Below are positions 18,328 to 27,900 of a stretch of 64,000 bases of DNA, piece by piece. The position numbers and the translations under genes are program-made. Numbering within the stretch: the stretch's first letter is position 1; every line of letters starts with the position of its first letter. The DNA is from Microcoleus sp. AS-A8 (GTDB lineage: Bacteria > Cyanobacteriota > Cyanobacteriia > Cyanobacteriales > Coleofasciculaceae): contig JAMPKV010000010.1 in assembly GCA_039962225.1 (NCBI GenBank), positions 265,924 to 329,923 on the forward strand, given 5' to 3'. The notes beneath the pieces were generated by a model, which saw only the letters and a list, made by a program, of their open reading frames with translations, was not told the origin of the DNA and did no database searches.

Positions 18328-18565
18328 AATAACGGTTCATAGATTTCAGTCAGATCTTATCTATCTAACATGAGTGCGGGATAAGGAGGGGTGGGGCAGA
18401 TAAAGTTGAAAGTGCCGAATTTTCGACTTACCTGACCCCCCATGCCTAAATATTACCTTCAACTTTGCTTGCGATCGCTTTTACCCAACAACAGACTTTA
18501 CCACTACTAAAATACGACCTTCTGTATATTGACTTATCCAGTGTTTTATGTAACTAAGGTAGTTA

Positions 18566-18766
18566 ATGTACGAACTTCCCTATATTGACTTATCAAATAT
18601 TTTGTGTGTTTTTAGCAATATCTACAAAAACAAAGAATTGTCAATCCACCTATTTAAAGAGTATAAGAAGTCACCGCTGATTCTTTTAAAGATTCATAAA
18701 GATAGGCTTGTGAGCAAATTGACAAATGTACGAACTTTTATATATCGACATTGTCGATTTGATTGA
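18566..18766 (+). CDS. Conserved 66-codon Lys-rich ORF inside the duplicated leader (coding status uncertain)
   Basis: MYELPYIDLSNILCVFSNIYKNKELSIHLFKEYKKSPLILLKIHKDRLVSKLTNVRTFIYRHCRFD. It is duplicated at 24417-24608 with one substitution. AT-rich composition could produce it by chance. Confidence 0.15.
   Translation: MYELPYIDLSNILCVFSNIYKNKELSIHLFKEYKKSPLILLKIHKDRLVSKLTNVRTFIYRHCRFD
18719..18746 (+). promoter_or_regulatory. Putative sigma70-type promoter (TTGACA-16 nt-TATATC) inside the leader
   Basis: ttgacaaatgtacgaacttttatatatc. It would give a ~370-nt 5' UTR for the giant gene. The copy 2 equivalent at 24567-24594 has TTGCCA. Confidence 0.3.
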
Positions 18767-19119
18767 ACATACTGAGAAGACGAAATAACGTTCAAGGTTG
18801 TTTCAGCCAATCACTCTAAGGGAATTCACTGTTGAAAATACTCTGTTGTTTCAAAGGCATAGCTTCACTCCCTGAGACGATAAGGGTTTGTCGGTAATTA
18901 TTTGGGGATTGGGCAGGGTTGCCCTTACACAAACTAAGAATTTTGCACCCATTAGGTTGGTGTAAATCTACGTCATCTCAATTATCCGAGATTTTATCTC
19001 TTGGCGTTGGCATGAGGCTAAGTGTTCATTGCGTTCTCCTCGAAGTGAGGTTGGCGTTCATTTCTGCTGTTTTTTTTGCCTGTACTAACTAACCAAACTC
19101 AACATATTCGGGAATTTTT

Positions 19120-22100
19120 ATGGCAACTTTTAAATGGATCGGTAGCGGCGCAACTAATAACTGGACTGAGGCAGCGAATTGGAGCCTTGTTAGTGGCACA
19201 GGATCAGATCCAGACGGTATTCCTGATGCAGATGATGTGGCGCTTTTTGATGGGACATCGACCAAAAATGCCACTATTAATACCAACTTCAGCATCCAAA
19301 ACCTTCAGGTGGCTGCTGCTTATACAGGAAGCATTAGCCTGGGTTCAAATACACTGGCGGTTGCAGGGGGATTTGCGATCGCAAATGCCAGCAGTTTTGA
19401 CTCAGGGACAGGGACAGTACGCTTTACTGGAAATCAGACTGTAGATACTACAGCAGCACTGTACAACCTGGAAGTTGCGATCGCTAGCGGTAATCTAACT
19501 CTAGTGAAAGATTTGGTGGTCAGCAACGACCTTACCATCACCGATGTCAATCAAATTTTCGGCAGTGGTGGCTCATTCAATATCAAGGTCAGTGGGGATG
19601 TCATCACCAACGATGCCAACTTTAACAACAGCAACTCTGCCATTCAACTGGTAGGCAGCACCGACCAAAGTATCAGTGGCACTGGGGTACTGTGGAATCT
19701 CGATGTTGCCAAAACGGGGGGCGATGTCCTGCTCACCGATGACCTGCGATTACGTGGTGGCACTCTGTCTGGTTCAGGTCTGCTCAAAAATGCTGGCGGT
19801 AAGGTGGTCTTTGGAGAGCCGAGTATCTTTAACGAAGGCTATGTCAGTAACTTCAGTGGTTCTATTGATGATGTTGAGCTGAAGTTTCAGTCTCAGTCCA
19901 ACTTTTTGCTCAGTAAAGACTTGGTTGTTAACAATGACCTAATCATCACTGAGGTGCAGACGATTGCAGGCAATGGTGGCTCATTCAATATCAAGGTCAG
20001 TGGGGATGTCATCACCAACGATGCCAACTTTCGCAACAGCAACTCTGCCATTCAACTGGTAGGCAGCACCGACCAAAGTATCAGTGGCACTGGGGTACTG
20101 TGGAATCTCGATGTTGCCAAAACGGGGGGTAATGTCTTGCTCACCGATGACCTGCGATTGCGCGGCGGCACTCTGTCTGGTTCAGGTCTGCTCAAAAATG
20201 CTGGCGGTAAGGTGGTCTTTGGAGAGCCGAGTATCTTTAACGAAGGCTATGCCAGTAACTTCAGTGGTTCTATTGATGATGTTGAGCTGAAGTTCGGTTT
20301 TGCAGGCAACTTGACGCTCAACAAGGATTTAATCGTTAACAATGACCTGATTATTACCGATGTCAATCAAATTGCAAGCAGTGGCTTCAGTATTAAAGTT
20401 GCTGGAGATGTGATTTCTAGTGATACCAACGGGATCTCTGGAACGGGTGCCATTACTTTAGTAGGCAGTGCGACAAACACTTACACAGGCTTGGGCAGTG
20501 GAACACAGGGGAACCTGGTAATCGATAAAGTGACCTCAACAGACAAAGCATTGTTAGGTTCCAGCGAGACTTTCTCGTCGATTGTTGTTAATGAAGGTAT
20601 TTTCGATGTCAATGGTAAAACTGCGACTGCTGGCACGACCATCAACAACGGTGGAACCCTCGGCGGATCGGGCAAAGTAATTGGCAATGTCACAGTTAAC
20701 AGTGGTGGTGTGCTAGCTCCTGGTAGTGGCATTGGTATTCTCAACACAGGTTCTGTTAACTTTACCAACGGCTCACTGTTCAACGTAGAGTTAGGCGGTA
20801 CATCGGCAGGCAATGGGGTTGGATTCTACGATCAGCTAAATGTAACGGGTACAGTGACGATTGGCACCAGCGCTGTACTGAATACATCACTGTTTGGCGG
20901 ATTTACGCCAGGTGGTGGTAACACATTTATCATTGTCAACAATGATGGTGTTGATGCTATCACTGGAAGATTTAATGGCTTAGCTCAAGGAGCGACAGTC
21001 AATCTGGGTTCTGGAATAAATGCCACTATCTCGTATACGGCAGGGGATGGTAATGATATTGGACTATCGCTCCTCAACCAGGCACCTAATCTTACAGGCA
21101 ATGCAACATTAGCTGCTGTTGCGGAAGATACCACCAACCCTAACGGTCAAACAATTTCCACCGTCTTCAATGGACTGTTTAGCGACCCGGATGCAGGCGC
21201 AAGTCTTGGCGGTGTTGCAGTCGTTGGGAATACTTCAAATGCAACTACACAAGGGACGTGGCAATACTCTACAGATGGTACAAACTGGTTTGCTGTAGGC
21301 ACGGTTGCGGATGGTGCAACAGCTCTGGCACTCTCTGCCAGCACGGTAGTCCGGTTTGTTCCCGTTGCCAATTACAACGGTGCTCCCCCGGATTTAACTG
21401 TTCGGGCGATCGATAACACCTACAGTAGTGGATTTACCAGTGGGGGTACTCGTATCAATGTGAACACTGGTACGAATGGGGGAACGACCGCAATTTCTGG
21501 TACCACCAACACCATTAACACCAGCATCACGGCGGTTAACGATGCACCAATAGGCTCACCGATCGCAACTCTAGCAACTGGAACCGAAGACATCCCCTAC
21601 ACCATCAGCAAAGCCGACTTGCTAGCAGGCTTTAGTGATGTTGATGGCGATTCCTTGTCACTCAGCAATGTCACAGTCAATGGCACGGTTCTGACGGCGG
21701 ATAGCAGTGGGAACTACATCTTCACACCTGCTGCCAACTTCAAAGGCACTGTCAACGTTTCTTACAACGTAGTGGATGGTAAGGGTGGCTCACTAGCAGC
21801 AACTCAGTCCTTTGCGATCGCTCCTGTTAACGATGCACCTGTACTAGCAACCAATACCCTAAGCATTACTGAAGGTGGCACAGTTACCCTAAGCAGCAGC
21901 AACCTCAACACCAGTGACTCGGATAATACTCCAGCTCAACTGCTCTACACCATTAGCAACATCAGCGGTGGCAGCTTCGGTGGTACAGGCGTCACCACTA
22001 ATGGCAACGGTACTGTCAGCTTTACCCAAGAGGCGATTAACAACGGAGTAGTACAGTTCACCCACGATGGAGGTGAAAACCCACCTAGCTATGCCGTTAG

Positions 22101-24012
22101 CGTCAGCGATGGTGCGTTGAATACAAACCCAGCAACTGTGACTATCCCATCGGGCGGCTTCACTCCCGTCAACGATGCACCTACGGGCACACCGACAGCA
22201 ACATTAGCAGCGGGAACTGAAGACACGGTTTATACAATCAGCCAAACCGCTCTGTTACAAGGTTTCACCGATGTAGAGGGCAATACTCTCTCTGTTGCTG
22301 ACCTAACTGCCAGCAACGGCACCTTGGTCAACAACAACAACGGCACCTACACCTTCACACCTGCTGCCAACTTCAACGGCACCGTCAACCTTTCCTATAA
22401 CGTGGTGGATGGCAATGGCGGTTCAGTGGTAGCCACTCAGTCCTTTGCGATCGCTCCTGTTAACGATGCACCTGTACTAGCAACCAATACCCTAAGCATT
22501 ACTGAAGGCGCTACAGTCATCCTCTCTCCTACTAACCTCAACACGACTGACTCTGATACACCTGCAACCGGACTGACTTACACCGTTAGCAACGTCACAG
22601 GGGGCCAGTTCGAGACTGTTGCTAATCCTGGAACAGCAATTACCAGCTTTACCCAGGACAACATCAACAATGGAGCAGTACAGTTTGTCCACAACGGCGG
22701 TGACGCGGCTCCTTCTTACTCAGTCAGCGTCAGCGATGGTGCTCTCAGCACCCCTGCAACTCCGGTTAGCATTGGTAATTTTACCTCTGTTAATGACGCT
22801 CCCACTCTAGCAACCAATACCCTAAGCATCACTGAAGGCGGCACGGTTACCTTAAGCAGCAGCAACCTCAACACCAGTGACTCGGATAATACACCCGCTC
22901 AACTGCTCTACACCATCAGCAACATCAGTGGTGGCAGCTTTAGCGGTACAGGCGTCACCACCAATAGCAACGGCACTGTCAGCTTTACCCAAGAGGCGAT
23001 TAACAACGCAGTAGTACAGTTCACCCATGATGGCGGTGAAAACCCACCCAGCTATGCCGTCAGTGTCAGCGATGGTGCGTTGAATACAAACCCAGCCACT
23101 GTCACTATCCCAGCAGGTAGCTTCATTCCTGTTAATGATGCACCCATTGTGGTCGGGCAAGGCATTGAGGATCAAATCATCTCAATTAATCAAGCCTTCT
23201 CCTTAAATGTCAGCAACAATTTTAGTGACGTTGACCCAGGGAATATTCTTACCTACACGGCTACAGGCTTACCCAGTGGTTTCAGCCTCAATGCCAACAC
23301 GGGTATCGTATCCGGCACAATTTCCACTCCTGGCATTTTTAATGTGAATGTCACAGCCAATGATGGAGATGGTGGCACAGTGAGTGATGCCTTTGAACTG
23401 ATTGTTGCTAATAATAATGCCACTCCTTTTGATGACATCATCTACATGAGCCAACTCTCTGGCATCCACAAAGATAAAATCAATGCCAAAGAAGGGCGCG
23501 ATCGCGTGATTGGCACCAGTGCTAATGAGTTTATTGGCGGTGCAGAAGGCGATGATTACTTGGATGGTCAGGGCGGTAACGACAAACTTCTCGGTGGTGA
23601 TGGTAACGACACGCTCATTGGTGGACTTGGCAGTGACGACCTCCAAGGCGGTGACGGGAACGACACCTTGACCGGTTGGGGCAGTGGTACAGGGAGTGCC
23701 AATCAAATCGACGAACTCAAAGGTGGCAGCGGAGCTGACCTCTATATTCTGGGAAATAGTACCTCCGTCTTTTACAACTTGGGTGGCTACAATGACTACG
23801 TCAAGATTGTTGGCTTTGAAGCTGAGGATCGCATTCAGCTAAAGGGAACAGCTAGCAACTACTCTTTGGGTTCACTTCCATCATCTGTGTCTACAGATAA
23901 TGCCTCTATCGGCCTGTTTACCAATTCCGGCACAGAATTGATTGCCGTCCTCAAAAACGAAGGTTTAACCTCCACTAGCCTGACAACAGATGCTCGCTTT
24001 ACTTTCGTTTAA
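19120..24012 (+). CDS. Giant secreted repeat protein (1630 aa). Beta-strand repeat N-terminal region, cadherin-like VNDAP modules, C-terminal RTX (GGxGxD) calcium-binding nonapeptides. Likely type I secretion substrate/adhesin (oscillin/SwmA-like class).
   Basis: No N-terminal signal peptide. At least 6 modules begin (P)VNDAP... e.g. PVNDAPVLATNTLSITEGGTVTLSSSNLNTSDSDNTPAQLLYTISNISGGSF...VQFTHDGGENPPSYAVSVSDGALNT. The C-terminus reads GGAEGDDYLDGQGGNDKLLGGDGNDTLIGGLGSDDLQGGDGNDTLTGW. Composition is Thr/Asn/Gly/Ser-rich. Confidence 0.85.
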   Translation: MATFKWIGSGATNNWTEAANWSLVSGTGSDPDGIPDADDVALFDGTSTKNATINTNFSIQNLQVAAAYTGSISLGSNTLAVAGGFAIANASSFDSGTGTVRFTGNQTVDTTAALYNLEVAIASGNLTLVKDLVVSNDLTITDVNQIFGSGGSFNIKVSGDVITNDANFNNSNSAIQLVGSTDQSISGTGVLWNLDVAKTGGDVLLTDDLRLRGGTLSGSGLLKNAGGKVVFGEPSIFNEGYVSNFSGSIDDVELKFQSQSNFLLSKDLVVNNDLIITEVQTIAGNGGSFNIKVSGDVITNDANFRNSNSAIQLVGSTDQSISGTGVLWNLDVAKTGGNVLLTDDLRLRGGTLSGSGLLKNAGGKVVFGEPSIFNEGYASNFSGSIDDVELKFGFAGNLTLNKDLIVNNDLIITDVNQIASSGFSIKVAGDVISSDTNGISGTGAITLVGSATNTYTGLGSGTQGNLVIDKVTSTDKALLGSSETFSSIVVNEGIFDVNGKTATAGTTINNGGTLGGSGKVIGNVTVNSGGVLAPGSGIGILNTGSVNFTNGSLFNVELGGTSAGNGVGFYDQLNVTGTVTIGTSAVLNTSLFGGFTPGGGNTFIIVNNDGVDAITGRFNGLAQGATVNLGSGINATISYTAGDGNDIGLSLLNQAPNLTGNATLAAVAEDTTNPNGQTISTVFNGLFSDPDAGASLGGVAVVGNTSNATTQGTWQYSTDGTNWFAVGTVADGATALALSASTVVRFVPVANYNGAPPDLTVRAIDNTYSSGFTSGGTRINVNTGTNGGTTAISGTTNTINTSITAVNDAPIGSPIATLATGTEDIPYTISKADLLAGFSDVDGDSLSLSNVTVNGTVLTADSSGNYIFTPAANFKGTVNVSYNVVDGKGGSLAATQSFAIAPVNDAPVLATNTLSITEGGTVTLSSSNLNTSDSDNTPAQLLYTISNISGGSFGGTGVTTNGNGTVSFTQEAINNGVVQFTHDGGENPPSYAVSVSDGALNTNPATVTIPSGGFTPVNDAPTGTPTATLAAGTEDTVYTISQTALLQGFTDVEGNTLSVADLTASNGTLVNNNNGTYTFTPAANFNGTVNLSYNVVDGNGGSVVATQSFAIAPVNDAPVLATNTLSITEGATVILSPTNLNTTDSDTPATGLTYTVSNVTGGQFETVANPGTAITSFTQDNINNGAVQFVHNGGDAAPSYSVSVSDGALSTPATPVSIGNFTSVNDAPTLATNTLSITEGGTVTLSSSNLNTSDSDNTPAQLLYTISNISGGSFSGTGVTTNSNGTVSFTQEAINNAVVQFTHDGGENPPSYAVSVSDGALNTNPATVTIPAGSFIPVNDAPIVVGQGIEDQIISINQAFSLNVSNNFSDVDPGNILTYTATGLPSGFSLNANTGIVSGTISTPGIFNVNVTANDGDGGTVSDAFELIVANNNATPFDDIIYMSQLSGIHKDKINAKEGRDRVIGTSANEFIGGAEGDDYLDGQGGNDKLLGGDGNDTLIGGLGSDDLQGGDGNDTLTGWGSGTGSANQIDELKGGSGADLYILGNSTSVFYNLGGYNDYVKIVGFEAEDRIQLKGTASNYSLGSLPSSVSTDNASIGLFTNSGTELIAVLKNEGLTSTSLTTDARFTFV
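19470..20420 (+). repeat. Recent in-gene tandem duplication, unit 408 bp (136 aa), 2 full + 1 partial copies
   Basis: ggctcattcaatatcaaggtcagtggggatgtcatcaccaacgatgccaacttt occurs at 19570 and 19978 (offset 408). The shadow ORFs 19676-19882 and 20084-20290 are 408 nt apart and near-identical. Confidence 0.75.
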
Positions 24013-24317
24013 TCGCGTCTTGTTGAGGTAAAAGAGTGAAGATTTGATTGGAATTGAGAGGGTTGCCCCAAAGGAACAACCCTCTTCACTCCGGTAACAC
24101 TAATCCTGTTGAGTGCGATCGCTATCCCCAGCCTGTTCACAACTCAAGTTCCGCGTTGAGTATATTTCAGGATATTTGGTGGGCGATCGCTCTTTTTTTT
24201 TGCCAACTGCTGAGGATACAGAAGACCCAGAGGGAGAAAAAGCGATCGCTTAACCTACAGTCTTGATTGATGGCGATTGCACTAGAGACGAGTCTTCATC
24301 AACTCTTCATCCATTTG

Positions 24318-24986
24318 GTTTGCGATCGCTTTTACCCAACAACAGACTTTACCACTACTAAAATACGACCTTCTGTATATTGACTTATCCAGTGTTTTAT
24401 GTAACTAAGGTAGTTAATGTACGAACTTCCCTATATTGACTTATCAAATATTTTGTGTGTTTTTAGCAATATCTACAAAAACAAAGAATTGTCAATCCAC
24501 CTATTTAAAGAGTATAAGAAGTCACCGCTGATTCTTTTAAAGATTCATAAAGATAGGCTTGTGAGCAAATTGCCAAATGTACGAACTTTTATATATCGAC
24601 ATTGTTGAACTGATTGAAGATACTGGGAAAACTCAATAAAGTTAAAGGTTCACACAAATCATCACTCTCAGGAAATTCACTGTTGAAAATATCCTGTTGT
24701 TCCAAAGGTATAGATTCACTCCCTAAAACAATAAGGGTTTGTAGGTAATTGTTTTGGGATGGGGCATGGTTGCCCTGACACCCACTGAGAATTTTGCACC
24801 AATCAGGTTGGTGTAAATAAAAGTAATCTCAACTTGTCTGAGATTTCATCTCTTGGCGTTGGCATGACGCTAAGTGTTCATTGCGTTCTCCTCGAAGTGA
24901 GGTTGGCGTTCATTTCTGCTGTTTTTTTTGCCTGTACTAACTAACCAAACTCAAGAAAACACAAGAACTAGAGGCATTTATCAATT
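24318..24986. repeat. Copy 2 of the duplicated leader, preceding the second giant gene
   Basis: See 18472-19119. It includes small-ORF copy 24417-24608 and a T8 tract before the start codon. Confidence 0.85.
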
Positions 24987-27900
24987 ATGGAATTTTTCAC
25001 GACAATTCAGAATGACAATTCACAGGATGGAATGAGCTGGGAAATAGGTACGGCACTTCGCTCTCGCAGAAACGATGAAATCGCTATCTCTGATTCGGGT
25101 TGCAGAGTCGCTTCACACAAGCAGAATGTTGATGAAGTTCGGCAAGTTTTGAGTGGAATTGCCTTTATTGATTCGGGATTAGACGATTACCAAAGTTTGG
25201 TTGCGGGAGTGGCATCAGGAATTGAGGTGGTTGTCCTCGACTCCACACAGGATGGGGTGGAGCAAATTAGTCGGGCACTGGCGCAACGGCAGAGAATTGG
25301 CAGTATCCATATTGTCTCTCATGGCGCTCCCGGTGCAATTTATATCGGTAATCGCGAACTGAGTCTAGAAACGCTGAATCAGTATGGAAGCGAACTTTTA
25401 AGCTGGGCAGATTGGCTAGCTTCCGATGCTGAAGTGTTGATTTACGGTTGTGAGGTAGCAAAAGGCGATCGCGGACAAGCCTTTATCCACCGCTTGAGTG
25501 AGCTAACTGGAGCAGCGATCGCGGCTTCAGCAACGCTGACAGGTTCCTCTGAACGAGGTGGCAACTGGGAGCTAGAGTTTAATACTGGAAGTAGTGAGGC
25601 TTCAGAAGTTTTTCAACCCTGGACACAGACGGCTTACAGCCATGTGTTGGCGACTTTTAGCGTCACGAATACCAACGATAGTGGTGCCGGTTCATTGCGG
25701 CAGGCGATCTTAGATGCAAACGCAGCGGCAGGAGCAGACACAATCGAGTTTTCAGGTTCCATCTTCACCGATGCAACTCCCGACACCATAAACCTGACTT
25801 CTGGAACGCTCAATATTACAGGCGACACCACAATTACGGGAACCGGAGCCAGCAATTTGAGCATTGCCAGAAGCTCCAGTGCATCTAACTTTGGCATCTT
25901 CAATATCACAGGTGCAAACGTTAACTTGAGCAGCTTGACGGTTACAAATGGTGTTAGCAATTTGGCCGGTGGTATTTTTTATCAAGGTGCTGGAACGCTG
26001 AATCTCACTAACACTGTTGTCTCCGGTAATAGAGGAAGCAATGGAGCTGGGCTGTGGGTTAATGGTACTGGTGCTGCAAATGTAGTCAACAGCACTTTTG
26101 CAAATAATACTGCTCCCGGAGGACTCGGTGGTGGTATTTTGCTTAACACTGCCACCACAATTAACATCATCGATAGTCAGATAACGGGAAACTCTGCCGC
26201 AAGTGGTGGTGGTATTAACAATAATGCTCAAGGTGGCATCATTAATGTTACCAATAGCACAGTTTCTGACAATACGGCTACTGATTTGGGTGGTGGTATT
26301 TCAAACCGCTACCATCAAGTAAATGTTATCAATAGCACCATCTTTAACAACACGGCGGGTAATAGCGGTGGTGGAATTTACCATCAATCGGGCACTTTTA
26401 CAGTAAGTAACTCCACTGTTTCGGGTAACCGCTCCAATAATAACGGTGGTGGTATCTACAACGATTTGTCCGGTGCAGTGATGAATTTGTTGAACAGCAC
26501 CATTACTAACAATATTGCTGACAACGACAATAACGGTTCGGGTAACGGTGGCGGAGTTGCCAGAAATACTGGAACTGTTAACGTTAAAAACACCATCATT
26601 GCTGGAAATTTCGATAGTCCCAATGCTAATACAGCAACTGAAAATCCCGATGTCTCTGGAATTTTTAATAACCAAGGCAATAACCTGATTGGCATCAATA
26701 CTGGCAGTAACTTTGTTGCTGGAGGTTTAATTGGCTCTGCTGCAAATCCAGTCGATGCCTTACTAGCTCCCCTGGCTAACAATGGGGGTTCAACTCTGAC
26801 CCATGCTCTACTTTCTGGCAGCCTTGCTATTAATGCAGGTAGTAATACCAGTATCCCTGCTGATACTGCCGATTTAGATGGAGATGGAAATAAAACTGAG
26901 TCTATCCCGTTTGATCAGAGAGACTCAGGTTTTACAAGGCTTTACGGTAGCTCTGTCGATATCGGGGCTTTTGAAGTCCAACCTCCCTCCAATACTCCAC
27001 CAACCCTTAGTGCTCCAGTGACGGTATCTGCAACTGAAGATGACGCTCCTTTGAGCGTTAATCTGCTGGCTAATGCGTCTGACCCTAATGCTGGTGACAC
27101 TCTCAACGCGACCAACCTCACCCTTACGAGTGGCAATGCGGCGGGTGTAACAATTAACGGCAACAGTCTGAGCGTCGATCCCAGCGCGTACAATAGTCTG
27201 TCTGCTGGGGAGAATGAGGTCATTACTTACAGCTACAACATCATTGATGGCAATGGTGGTAGTGTTTCCCAAACGGCGACTCTCACTATTAATGGTGTCA
27301 ACGATGCACCTGTACTCACAACCAACACCCTAAGCATCACAGAAGGTGGCACGGTTACCCTAAGCAGCACCAACCTCAACACCAACGACCCGGATAATAC
27401 TCCAGCGCAACTGCTCTACACCATCAGCAACATCAGTGGCGGCAGCTTTAGCGGTACTGGCGTCACTAACAATAGCAACGGTAGTGTCAGCTTTAGCCAA
27501 GAGGCGATTAATAATGGACTGGTGCAGTTCACCCATGATGGAGGTGAAAACCCGCCCAGCTATGCCGTCAGTGTCAGTGATGGTGCATTGAACACCACCC
27601 CAGCAACTGTGACTATCCCCGCAGGCAGCTTCACTCCCGTCAACGATGCCCCTGTACTAGCAACCAACACTCTTACCATCACTGAAGGTGGCACAGTTAC
27701 CCTAAGCAGCACCAACCTGAACACCAGCGATTCAGATAATACACCAGCTCAACTGCTATACACCATTAGCAACATCAGCAGTGGCAGCTTTAGCGGTACT
27801 GGCGTCACAACTAATAGCAACGGTACTGTCAGCTTTAGCCAAGACGCGATTAATAACGGACTGGTGCAGTTCACCCATGATGGAGGCGAAAACCCACCTA

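Larger units (their letters stand above)
18472..19119. repeat. Copy 1 of a duplicated ~650-bp leader preceding the first giant RTX/cadherin-like gene
   Basis: Collinear with 24318-24986. The first ~300 bp (low-GC module) and the last ~120 bp are near-identical between copies (a single mismatch seen in the last 120 bp; the first 300 bp differ at only a few positions). The middle ~230 bp is roughly 80% identical by eye. Both copies begin at a HIP1 site (gcgatcgcttttacccaacaacag). Confidence 0.85.

Noticed and set aside
19676-20290. Twin 68-aa ORFs and other ORFs inside the giant genes (e.g. 20481-20813, 23269-23706, 25752-26231, 26301-26782)
   Set aside because: They are alternative-frame artefacts of highly repetitive Gly/Thr/Asn-rich coding sequence. 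The 1630- and 1257-codon frames are unambiguous.
24048-24266. 72-aa ORF downstream of the first giant gene
   Set aside because: It spans the conserved 3' motif, the hairpin and the T9 tract. It has no counterpart after the second gene, so it is likely non-coding 3' UTR.
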